A stretch of 64,000 nt of DNA from Schmidtea polychroa (lineage: Eukaryota). Each line of letters begins with the position of its first letter. Position 1 is the first letter of the stretch. The position numbers were made by a program, and so were the translations under genes. Under the pieces are notes generated by a model. That model made no database searches and was not told the origin of the DNA. It saw nothing but the letters and a program-made list of their open reading frames with translations. The stretch lies in contig CM097887.1 in the NCBI GenBank assembly GCA_044892525.1, positions 40,052,001-40,116,000 on the forward strand, written 5' to 3'. Below, one piece after another: positions 39,557 through 52,200 of the stretch.

Positions 39557-42500
39557 CTACAATATATAATCAAATTACCTAAATTTATCGAAACATAAAA
39601 AATACTTATAAACAAGAATGTTAGATTTATAAATTACTAATTTAAATGGTACTTAAATGCAAAAATATCGTAAATTGTAAAGATTTTATTTATCATTTTA
39701 ATCAAGAAATAAGAGTTTCTCAAGGTGTTTGATTTATTAATATACACATACTGACCTTCTGATGAATCGTAATTTATACACATGTTTACGGAAAAGTTCA
39801 ACATTAACAAGAGGTTCATTATACTTTTTTGCGCTTTCGATTTTAATTACTTTTGTACTTTCAGAAGTTTAAGATGAGTTGACTATTTTTTCAGGAGAAT
39901 TAAATGTTTAAGATGAATATTCTTTTTTATTGTAATCAACTAGAAAAATGGAGTAACTTGCTTCAATAATAATAATAATAATAAATATTTAATAAAAAAC
40001 TAGTGAAAGAAACTTCTAATAAGATTTTAATGGAGAAATCTTTAACATAACAATTAAACTAAAATATTTGCAATAAAGTTTGAATTATGTAATTTTTAAA
40101 TTTAAATATTGAAAAACAAATGGAAGATTTACCTGAAATTAAAAAAAATCATACGGAAATTTCTGATTATTTTGAAGCATTTTATTTTTAAAGGTATACC
40201 AAGCTAGGAATATTTAAATATATTGGGGAATCAGTATATAATTAACGAAATGGTATTGGTATTTCAAATGTAAATTATGATAGTGCCATGAAAGATAAAA
40301 ATGTTGCAAAGATCATTCAAAAAGTATAGTAAAGATTTTATTCTAATTGATGACAGAATTGATAACGACCAAATTTCTTTATTAACAACAAATAATTCAC
40401 ATTAAATCACAGTTGATAACCATTTAGAAATCAACTGGGTATGGTTTACACATATGACGCTTTAGTTCCATATAATATAAACGGAATATATTCAGATAAT
40501 CGAATTTTGAGTCGTAAGTTATTTTTAAAACGCAATTTTGGTAAACTATTTAAAAGTGTATAGTTACCAAGAATTTAAACTGAACTATTTATGATACTGT
40601 AGTAAGAAAAAAAACACTAGTGTAAACCAGGATCATCCTAATCTCATTGACCTCTTATAAAAAATGTTTACAGTTCAAGAGGGTCATGTTATGTATATGG
40701 TGAAACTGGAAAGATGTACTGTTTTAAGCATTTGTGCATTTAGTCTTAGTCAACTGTTTTGAAATAAAGATACTTTACAAAGTCAAAAATGAATGAAGAT
40801 TTAGTGAGAAGATGTCTTAATGGCATACTCTTTAATTCTTCACTTGAAAAAATTTCTTCGAGAAAAACTGTTTTCTTCATATCTCTGGATGATCTTATAA
40901 ATACCTCGTCTTGATAAAAGCCTGCAAAATTATTTACAATAGCAGCCTTCGAATGAGTCTTATAGTACAAAATGATATTATTCGCAAAGCTTCGTGTGCT
41001 CAAATCTTTGACAAATAATTAAACCAGTAAGAATTAAGTAGTAAAGCAAAAACACATCTTAAATACGAAGTCGAATCTTTTGTTATTATTTTAAAACAAA
41101 AATGAATAGAATAAATTAAAATACCAAAAATTTTTACAATTTTTAATGTTTGTTTCATAAGTGAAAATAATTTTAAATTTTTGATTTGATTATTTTCCCA
41201 ATTTCCATGGTAACGAAGCTTAAATATGAAAAATTATTTTATTTAAAATAGGCATATTTATACTTATTATTATATGCAAAATAATAGATTTTAAATTTAA
41301 AATTCGATCTTAAGATAATTTAAAGAATTTTCTAAATCACAATCCAAAAAGGTATCAGCTATATTCACGTATAAACGAATTTAATTGATTAAATTTACGT
41401 TAAGGTTAACCGAATAATTAATCTAAACATATTTAAATAAATTAATATTCTATATAAATATCGTTATATTACAACATAAAATAAATATTAATTCTATTAA
41501 AAACTTAAAATATATTTATTAACTAACCTTTCTTTTGCAACTTGCAAAATCTCCTTATATAAATCGCCATTTATTTTAAACCATTTCTTTAAATGTTCAA
41601 AGTCATTTTGACCCTATTTAAAAATATGATAAAAACTTGTAGAATGAAGAAAAATCATACTCCAAAATAATTTCTAAGCGAAATTTCTGACATGATATGA
41701 AACTTTTGTAAAAAATAATTAATTTTCGTCTATTGAAATAATATCATAGTACTTAAAATGCAATATTATTATTCAAAACTGGATTGTAATAACATAAATT
41801 ATTTCAATTTTGTGAAAAATGTCTCAAATTAATTAGTTTACTGAATCAGTTTAAACAATTTTAAATTGATATTTTTTAATTAAAGTTAATATTTTCAGAT
41901 TTTAAATTCAAGAAAATATGAAATTTTATCATTTGTTATTTGAAAAATAATATTATGTCTTTTTCTGATTTTTTAATTCGTCTATATTGAAAGTTTGCGT
42001 TCCATAATTAAACAAATTTTTAGTTATCACCAGTGAGTATTATATATTCTTTATCCGATAAACCTACAGGAATGGTATTATTTTTCAAAATAAGACTACG
42101 TTGATTAAAGAAAATTTTAAATGCATGTATTATTTTTTATCAATCAGTTAAAGATAATTTTTTAAATGTAATTAATTATTTTAATTTAAAAATTTTGTAA
42201 ATAAATTTTAGGTAATAAACTTTATGAAAATAAATTGATTTTGTAATTAACTTTATAAAATTATTGAATGATCATTAATTAAAAAAATTAATTCTAATGA
42301 TAAAATGAATTGAAATTAATTTTTAAATAAATCCGTGTACATAAAAAAGTGTACATGTCAAAAATATCGATGACTCATAATTTTTATACAACAAAGAAAT
42401 TTTCGAAAAATTTTCTAAGTTTTTAGTAAAACCCCCACATGAAAATTTTTAGCTTTTCCAGAAATCGAATAAAAATTTTTCTTTCTGTAACTCAAAGTCT

Positions 42501-42559
42501 TTGTTCAAGTATCATTCATCACTTTTCAAAAAAAATTTAAACATAAACTTCTTATCCAG

Positions 42560-43856
42560 TCCACATATGTCATCTTTTATTCGAAAATTTCCTAATGAAA
42601 TTGAAATTCGAGCGAAAAAAATCTGGACTGGCAATTAATGTTAAGTTAACATATAACAATGGCAATCAGAACATTGAGGAAGAGGATGACGTTATTTTGA
42701 AGCATTCACATTTAGATATAATATATCGGACAAAAGTAACGGGAGTTAAAAATGTGTATTTGCTAATGTTAGAAAAAGGAAACAGATTTCATGATACCTT
42801 CAAAGATTAATCAATACTGGAAGACCAACAATAGATTTCCCAGTCTGTATTTAGTGCATATGATGCAAAAGATGTCTCAACGGATTTCAAAGAAGATTGG
42901 TTTATAAAAAACATAAAGCAGTTTGCTTTAAAAATCAGCTTGTCACCTAATTATATATTATGATTTAACAAAAAGAGCTAGTTTATGGTGATTAGTTGAA
43001 AATGGTAACTCCGCCATACGTAATTTATACTGATTTTGAGTCAGTTTTACCTAGTGATGAAATACATCATCAAATTCATTTACCTATAGGAGCGAGGTAA
43101 ATAATTTCACATGGGTTTCAAAATATAAAGAATATTTTTGATAGACTATATATTTAACTTTTTATTAACGGTGATAGATTAAATTGTAGATAGTGAATTG
43201 TATGGCAATGACCAGCGAGAAAATTTTATCCCTTACGGTTCGGATTCAGTTCTTTTCATTGACAGCCACCAGTTTTTCAATGATTCGTTATCAAAAGCAG
43301 TGAAAATTTAAATGGACTACAAATAACTCGAGCAGTCTTTAATTCAAATACCGCAATGGAATCAATAGAAATTTTCCTTTATGACATCACCAGCTTGGAT
43401 ATTTTTTAGGCAATCACCGAAAAGCCATCAAAATGGGAAGGTTTCTCTGAAGAGGAATATCAGGCGGTGCTAAACATATGGACAAAAATAATTGTCATAA
43501 CTTACTCGAATTTTTAAAAATATATTTAAAATTGTTTTTTATTTCTGGCAGATCTATTGCAACGATTCCGTGCCAGATCTATTGCTCACAATAAGTTGGA
43601 GCCAATAAATTCTTTTGAAATTCCAGGCATGAGTTAATTGTCAGCGCTAATGACATTAACGGAACCCATTGAACTTTTAGTCGACATCGAAATGTACAAC
43701 TATTTCGATACCGTTATACGGGGTGGGATGGTTAAACCTTTGTGATTAAACATCATGCAGTATCATCGGATGATACTGAGTTGTTGTATATTGGTATTAC
43801 CAATTTATACGGCTAGGCACTTAGGCAAAAATTGCCATGTCGTAATATTAAATGGA
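42560..43856 (+). pseudogene. Polinton/Maverick (adintovirus-like) protein-primed DNA polymerase B fossil
   Basis: Colinear motifs LAINV, VYLLMLE...H, CKRCLNGF...HKAVC, PYVIYTDFESVL, LFIDSHQFF, EEYQAVLNIW, IELLVDIEMYNYFDTVIRGG, LLYIGITNLYG*ALRQKLP...KW; many stops and frameshifts. Confidence 0.85.
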
Positions 43857-45642
43857 TTTACGAGGAAAGTTTATTACAAAATGTTTTGTTTGAGTGTAGT
43901 TATAATAAAATATAGATATAAAATTTAAAATAATATAATGATATTATGTCAGTGCATAATAAACAAATATAACTTCATGACTAATAAATTTGCAATACAA
44001 GTGCATGCTTAACAATGACATTGCAATACATGTGCGCGATTAACAAAGACACTGAAAATATTATCCTTGCATTTCGTCGAAGATGATTATGGTGGTAATA
44101 TCAGAAGAGAATTATTCGACAGAAGAGTACCATAATTTAGTCATTATTACTTTTAATAATGGTATTTTATAAATTGCAAATTTTTGTTGTGCGCGTTATT
44201 AAATTTTTATTAATTTTTTTTATAGTTGTGTATTTATTTTCATGAACATTTTTTTATTTAAATTTTATAATTGTATGTTTTTGTAATATTAATATTTTTT
44301 TTTATTATTTTTTATGAATTTTTATTTAAATTTTGTAGTTTGGTGTTTCTTTCTTCAAGTGATATTGTATATTAATAAAGAAAATAGTAATAATAATAAT
44401 AAAATACATAAATAATAGCAACACTATTATAAAAATTATACAAAATAATAATAAAACAATAATCATAAAATAATAATAATCATAATAATAAAAGAATTAA
44501 TAATAAATGTGTTTTAATCATAAAAAGCATTTCAATAAATGAAACAATATATTATAATAAAAACAATTTAAAACATTTATTTACGAAACAATAATACAGT
44601 AACCAATACTTTTGTAACACATAATGCCAACTTTAAAATATCTGTTAGGATTTCTTCTGCTTAATAATAATAATAGTTTTTATAATAATGGTTATAACAA
44701 TATTAATGGGTTTTAATATAACAAAGATATGTACAATACAAGAGCATGTTTAACAAAGACAATAAATATTCTTTGTTTAAAAAAAATTACTTTGAAAAAT
44801 TTTGATAAAAAATCTGTTAAAAAATTTTGAAAATTTCTCTTTTCCTCGATATTTTTAACATGACCACTTTGACGTAATGTAGAACAAAAACCATGAGTCA
44901 TACCAAATGACGCACCATTTTAAAATCTGACTCATCCTCTGTCAAAACAAAGACTCAATACGATGAGTAAGTGCTTCAGGGATGGAGTCATTTCTTTGTG
45001 AGCCAAAGAGCATACATCTCTACTCAGAATCACAAGGCAACTTATTTATGTTACGATTTATTCTATACTTCCTCGTCTTAGCTAATTTCCATTAAATTTA
45101 ACCATCATTTCCTTCATGCTGTTCCATGGTTTTGGAATGAATCGCCCTCAATCGTCCACGAAAGTACTTTTTAATTTAAGTCGAAAACAATCCTGATCTA
45201 TCTGAATCTAAATATTTATAAACAAATAAATTTATTTCCTATTTTCCAAAATATTTGTATAAATTTCTTATTCAATTACACAAAACGATTTTTTTTCCTT
45301 CAGGCTATTTGTGTTTTGAATGAATGCGTATGTATAATATGTATACTATATTATGTATAAGGAAATATAATTATTAACTCAACCGCAAAATAAAATCATG
45401 ATAATTTGTTGAGATTTGTTAAAATTAATTATTATACAATTTAAACAATAAACAATTAATTTTAAAAAATTGAATTATTTTAATTTTTATTATTGTTAAA
45501 TAATTGAAAATTAGTATAGGGAAGAATAAAACTGGGTATATCATTCTGTCGGTAGTCAAGAACCTGGAAAAATAGAATTGGTGGGGGATTTTTACTGGTT
45601 ACGGAGGCTTTCTATCTATTTATTCTCAACCATGTTCTACAT

Positions 45643-48278
45643 CAGGGGTGGCAAAACTTTCAAGTCTTGCGGGCGACTTTTAACTAAATTAAATCTGGCG
45701 GTCTACCAGAAAAACTATTTTCAATTGTTACCTGTAGTTATTCTATTTATTCTATTTAAATACAAAACGAATTAGAAAAAAACTTATAATACTTTACTAG
45801 AACGTAAACATATCTTAATATAATATTATTTACTGCTACTACTTGCACCTGATACGTGGCACTGCATCTTATCAGCAAGTTCTTCGTATTTCGGGCAATA
45901 GGAGCTTATGGTGATCCGCAAGCATGATTCCAAATGATCATCTGTCAAACAAGATCGATGTTTTGTTTTAATGACATTCATTGAAGAAAAGGCTGATTCA
46001 CAAAGATAGGTGGATCCAAAAAATGCGGACATATATCCAACTACTCTCCGCAAAATTGGATATTTTTCTTCTGAAATAAGATTCCAAAAATTATCTTCGG
46101 TTGTAGCTCTTGATTTTAAGTAAATGTCGCTTTTCAACGCTATTATCTCATCTTCTAAGCAAGCTGAATCTGAATCCAGAAATTCATTAATCTGAGTAGC
46201 GATCTCCTCTGTATCAATAACATCATTAAACGGGAATGACATGAACATAGCAATATTTGCAATTTTAGATAAATCTGCGAAACGTGTGTTAAATTCATTT
46301 AAAAGGGTAGTAATTTGATTTGTATATTTATCGTAAAGAATTCCTGGCGCATTTTTGGATTCTTCTTCCATGTTTTTAAAATGTTTCAAATCACCCCGTT
46401 CTAGTTGACGCACAAACAAGGACAGTTTCTCTTTAAACGTCTTTACTGCCGTTATCATGTCAAGAATTGATTTGTGTCTCCCCTGAAGCTGTAAATTTAA
46501 TTTATTCAGGTGCACTGTAATGTCGCAAAGAAAAGCAAGATTTATCAGCCAACTTTTATCCTCCAGTTCGGGATATAATTCTTCTCTTCCAGTCAAAAAC
46601 TGTTTTATTCCGGGCAAAAGATCTCTAAATCGTTTTAAAAATGCTGCACGGCTAAGCCATCTTACATCCGTGTGTAACAATAATTCAGTATTTTCAATTT
46701 CACATTGTTCAAGCAAAGTTCGAAATTGACGTCGGTGTAGACTTCTTGCACGTATCGAATTTACTATTTTAAACGCAATATTCATTACATAGTTAGAGTT
46801 CAACACTTTGGAGCATAAGGTTTGCTGGTGGATAATGCAATGATACGAATGAAAACTGGGAATTTCTTCATCATTTTTGCAAAGTGTTACAAATCCGACA
46901 TGTTTTCCGATCATAGACGGAGCTCCATCCGTGGTAATTGATACCAACTTGTGAATCGGGAAATGGGTGCGACTTATAAAAGACTTGAATAAATTGTAAA
47001 TATCTTGACCCCTTGTTTGTCCTTTCATTGGAAGAATAGTCCATAATTTTTCTCTGGTTGACATATCATCAAAAACCATTCGAATGAAGATGCATAGTTG
47101 CGCAGTATCAGTGAAATCTGTAGATTCATCAAATTGCAAAGAGAAAAAGCGGCATTTTCGAATATCTTGCCGCAAAATATCTTCCAAGTTTTTGCTAATG
47201 TCCACCATTCTTTGCGTGCTAGTATTGCGCGTCAATGACATATTGTTGATACAATCCATTATTTCGGATTTATTTTTAAAATCTTTGAATAACACCTCAC
47301 CAGCTTCAACAAACGCCTGTTTCCATATTTCGCCATCTCCAAAAGGTTTTTTATGTTTCATCAAAATATTAACTACCTTGAATGATGCTAGGGTAGCTGT
47401 TTTTGATTTTGAGTTAAATTTCGTAAAAAAAGTTTGTTGTGCACCTAATTGAGACTTTAACTGCTTGACTTTGTCTTTTCGTACCTCGAAATGTAATCGA
47501 AAGTCAATTTCATACTGTTTGTGCACTGTTCGAAAATGTCGTTCAACGTTAGCTCTTTTAGGTAGTGCTACGTTTGAATTACAAATGAGACAAACACACT
47601 TATCTTTCATCATTATGAAAAAAAATTCCTGTTCCCATTCAGTATTATAATGGTACGTTTTAGTTTTTTTGGCCGGTTGTGTCATTGGGGCTAAAACAAG
47701 AAAATAATAAAAGCTAAAATAAATTTAATATGAAAATTAATGTTAAACACACTTACATACTCAAAAATTAAAAATGTTAACTTTTATAAAGAATTTTTTT
47801 TAATAAAAAAATTTTGAAATTAATATTATAAGCAGGTATTATTCAATACTGAATACTTAAAGCTTTCAAATTTTTCTAACGAAAACAATTTGATTTCAAA
47901 ATTGAAATAGACAAACACACGTTTGTTGTATTTTATTTTGGTTGTTTTTTATTTTTTTATTCCTTATCGAAGATTGTAGCGTCAATGTTTTGCTTTTATT
48001 TTATGGCCTACTTGTTCAAACACATGAAATTTATTCTGATTATTAGCTAACTGTATATATTTGAATTTCAAACTAAAAATTTACTACACTCTGAGTGTTA
48101 TCTGACTAATATTATGTTTCTTATTGGAATTTTTTTGTCATATGAATCGAAACTTATTTTAAATATGTTTATAAAGTTAGAAATTCAATAAATAAAAAAC
48201 TGATTTTTATATGCAATTTTCCATAGTGCTAGCGGGCTACTTTCGATAGCTACGCGGTCGACGCTTTTGCCAGCCCTG
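45643..48278 (-). mobile_element. Full-length autonomous-type hAT transposon (Buster/Charlie/SPIN group), 2636 bp
   Basis: TIRs CAGGG(G/C)TGGCAAAA (13/14), perfect 8-bp TSD TTCTACAT, uninterrupted transposase ORF. Confidence 0.97.
45826..47685 (-). CDS. hAT transposase (GTF2IRD2/EPM2AIP1-like), 619 aa, intact
   Basis: N-terminal zinc finger (CLIC...HF..VH), SLQFDESTD, ITTDGAPSM, HCIIHQ, VRWLSR, YLCESAFS. Candidate 5'UTR intron 47756-47691 (GTAAGT...TTTTAG) ends 5 nt before the ATG. Confidence 0.95.
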   Translation of the reverse strand: MTQPAKKTKTYHYNTEWEQEFFFIMMKDKCVCLICNSNVALPKRANVERHFRTVHKQYEIDFRLHFEVRKDKVKQLKSQLGAQQTFFTKFNSKSKTATLASFKVVNILMKHKKPFGDGEIWKQAFVEAGEVLFKDFKNKSEIMDCINNMSLTRNTSTQRMVDISKNLEDILRQDIRKCRFFSLQFDESTDFTDTAQLCIFIRMVFDDMSTREKLWTILPMKGQTRGQDIYNLFKSFISRTHFPIHKLVSITTDGAPSMIGKHVGFVTLCKNDEEIPSFHSYHCIIHQQTLCSKVLNSNYVMNIAFKIVNSIRARSLHRRQFRTLLEQCEIENTELLLHTDVRWLSRAAFLKRFRDLLPGIKQFLTGREELYPELEDKSWLINLAFLCDITVHLNKLNLQLQGRHKSILDMITAVKTFKEKLSLFVRQLERGDLKHFKNMEEESKNAPGILYDKYTNQITTLLNEFNTRFADLSKIANIAMFMSFPFNDVIDTEEIATQINEFLDSDSACLEDEIIALKSDIYLKSRATTEDNFWNLISEEKYPILRRVVGYMSAFFGSTYLCESAFSSMNVIKTKHRSCLTDDHLESCLRITISSYCPKYEELADKMQCHVSGASSSSK

Positions 48279-48995
48279 TTCTACATTATCAACATGTTAG
48301 TTAAAACAAGTTGAACTAAAATGGTTAAATTAAAATCATTTAATGTTTTGGGTTAAAGTTAACTGAAACCACGACATGTTATAGTTTACTAATCAGAAAC
48401 GCCAACAGAATTATTGGGCTAGATTGGGCTAGAGTGATTTATTTTTAAGAGTTTCTTTTTTTATTTTTTCCGAGATACCAGTATTGCGTTTCTTTACTGT
48501 CTTATCTAGCCTAGTTTGTTTAAATATCACAGGGGAAAAATTACACGGCAATTAATTATTATCTTTGGAATCAGATAATTTATGTGTTCCATTTTAGGGG
48601 AAAGTGAAGAGTAATTTACATTTTAAACAATTTCCTATCAAAATGAAAATTTACAAGGAAAATGAGGGTCTTAGTTAATATTAATTAAATAGTAGTAATT
48701 GTGTAAATCGTTCGATATCGACAGCGTTAAGTATTTACATATCAGACTAAAAATGCATAGATATAAATTCCAACTTTACAAAAACTAGTTTGCAGTTACC
48801 CTACTTCACCTTTAGTTAAATTTTAAAATTTTAAATGTTAAAAGATANNNNNNNNNNNNNNNNNNNNNNNNNNNNNNNNNNNNNNNNNNNNNNNNNNNNN
48901 NNNNNNNNNNNNNNNNNNNNNNNNNNNNNNNNNNNNNNNNNNNNNNNNNNNNNNNNNNNNNNNNNNNNNNNNNNNNNNNNNNNNNNNNTAGTGTT

Positions 48996-49089
<94 letters not shown>

Positions 49090-49297
49090 ATGCTAAAGTT
49101 ATTATAGGTAATATTAGGATATAAATCTGAAGGATAAAAACTAATTCTTATACGAAAGTTATATGATCTCTTAAGTATTTAACTATTTTTATAGTATAAA
49201 TTATTTTTTGTTACTTTTCTTTATTTTCAATAATTCATACCATCAAAATATTTTCAAGACTTAATTTATTAATTAAAATAAATAATTTCCTAGTTTA

Positions 49298-52200
49298 TTA
49301 ATTGGGATAAAACAATTCTAAATTCTTGCATTTCAAATTTAATCTTTCCATTGTGCTTCGAGCAGTTTCATTTCCAGACCACATTCTTCTTGATAATCCG
49401 TTAATTACATCCCATTCTAACATTGAAGCCGATTTTTCTCCTGCTTCTTTAGATCCATCCAGTAAAAGACCAAACCCTCCATTTATTGCTTCTCCCCATC
49501 CAGTTCCTCCACCATTGTGAATAGCTACCCAAGTTGCACCTCGAAAAGAATCTCCAATTACGTTTTGTATCTAAAATGTTTACAATTTACAAAAATTAAT
49601 AATTTTTAAAAAGAATCGAGTTACCGCCATATCAGCACAGACAGCTGATCCATCATAAATGTTGGAAGTTTCTCTGAAAGGACTATCAGTTCCACTGACA
49701 TCATGATGATCTCGACTTAAAATTATTGGAGCACTAATTGTTTTATTTGATATAGCTTCATTAAATGCTCTTGCAATATTAACTCTTCCCTCAGCGTCAG
49801 TATAAAGAATTCGGGCCTATAATATTATTAAAATTGAAATTATATATTAATTATTAATTTCATAATTAAATTAATATTAAATTAAGTTATTGTAATATCT
49901 TTGAAAAAATTCAAGCTAGATATAAACATAATAACATAAAATTGATAAGAAATAAAATAAAATACATATTGACAACATTTAATCTAAAGGTTTTGCTGAA
50001 CATCAAATGTTTAAAGCATTGACTGTCATGTCTATTTTTCTGGAAACTACTGATACTTCCCTAAGGCAATATGGCATTGTTTAGGTTTCATGAAATTTCT
50101 CTTAGTAATTATTAATTTTCACTTATTATCTACCTTTATAGGTTCAGGACAATTCAAATGAAAACTAGCAACAATATATTATTTTATTATAAACCACAAA
50201 TAACATTTAATGCCTAATAGAGTTACTCAGAGAATATTTGATATAATAAACTGCTTCTGTTTAGAGTCACAAATATTTCAATCAAATTTTTGTGACAAAT
50301 TTCTTATTATTTCCTAATCTGGTATTTTGATTAAGTTTTGATTGGTTTGTATCAGTAATAACTTAAACTAATAATACTCTAATTTTGAGATTACGTAATT
50401 GGAAGCATTCATTGTAAACAATGTTACAATAACACTTTCCAGTTTAAAATTTATATACAGTATAACTTCTATACGCGGACGCTTCTAATTGGGGCAGACT
50501 CCATAAGCGCGACATTTTATAAAAAGGTATTTTAGCATATTAAGTGTCGTTTCTCCAAGCGGGACAACTTATTTTTTGATTTAATTTTCTTTAATTAGTT
50601 TTTTTAATTATCTAATAAAAATAGCTACCAGCCTTATAAACTAACAAAAATAAGTTATATTTTGTGAATAAAAAATGCATATTTATTCAATTTTCTCTAA
50701 AATTAATAATAATTAATTCAATTAATATTTTGTTTAAAAAATTAAAATAATATTAATAAATTAAAATAAATACTTAAATAAACACGGTAAAGATTTTATT
50801 AATAAAAATCGCCATTCGTACATCTTTTTCACTATATATTTCGATAGCATCACTATCATCATCAGGTTACCTACATTCACGACGGATGAATAACTATACT
50901 ATATTGATAATATATAAACAAATTTATAGAATTTACATTGTACATAAATATTGAATATAATATCGAATTATATATTTTTGTTAAATTATAATATTTATAA
51001 ATATTTTTAAGTACTAAAAATAATAAATTAAACTATATCAAATAAACAAAAATAAAAATGTCAACTGTTGTCAATATATAATTTTTAAATAATATAATTA
51101 ATTTACTTGATTTGCTTCTAATACAATCTATTGGTTTTGGATTAATAAATTAAATTGAATTAATAAATTTATTTTATGGTTCACAGAGAAATCTAATTAC
51201 TTCAAATATTTGGCCATAAAAAATTTATAAATTTTTTTTACAGAATTCCGGTTTAAATGAAAAATTCAAATTATTATATTCTTCATTATTTTAATATCAT
51301 TGATTAAAACAATTTATTTAAAGAATTATATTTTATTTATAAAATGCATTTAATGCACTGACAATTTTATTATTATTATTATAAACTTTATCTGTCGAAA
51401 TAGATGAAATCTTGTTTAGTCAACCGTTTTGTAATTTGTTCCATTCCACGATGAAACAAAACATTTTTTAAAACTACAAAACTCAGACCGCAATTTTGAA
51501 TTTCTCTAGCTATCACTAATGCCGGTTATATGCCATTAATCCTGAGCAGACTCAAATCAAAAATATACCATTTCCAAATTGAATTTGCTTTAAACAGACA
51601 ATTTGAATGTCTTATTCATGTGACATTCTTAATGATTATATGAAAAATACATCAAAGTACAATTAACTAAAATATATGTTCTAATTTATCATTTTATTGT
51701 ATGTGGGTGGAGCCAGATGTATTTTCCTTTTGGTATGTGGTTCTGACTGTATGTCCCTAATAAGTACTCTCATTGTTGATAAATAATATTAATAATAATA
51801 ATAATAATAATACACATGACTCATGAAGAGGTCAATTATTGAGTCACTATTAGACTTCGTTTGTTAATCTTATCAAGCATTAAAAACTGTTGACCCACAT
51901 AATAGCATACAAGAAACCAATGTATTTTATCATATTAACTGCAAGAACTTTAGGTAGGCTTTTCAATCAATCTTAGAGCATCTTCTGAAACGTTACTTAT
52001 GTATGGGCTTTCGCTGAATCGTGTATACCATTCTTTTTTAACAGACAGTAAATAAACTAAAACAGAAGTATATTTTCTGCTGTTTTTCCCAAAAAAAGAT
52101 GCTTTTAAACGTTGTTTCTTTTATAAATATTGCTTATCATACTTTTGTTAACAAAAGTAAAACAAGGAAACTTTAGACAATTAATAAAATAATACCTTTG

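Noticed and set aside
50828-50872. Minus-strand hammerhead look-alike CTGATGA-T-GATAG-TGATG-CTATC-GAAA-TATATA
   Set aside because: Extra nucleotide before stem II and only a 2-bp stem I; the segment also reads as an acidic coding remnant (PDDDSDAIEIYSEKD).
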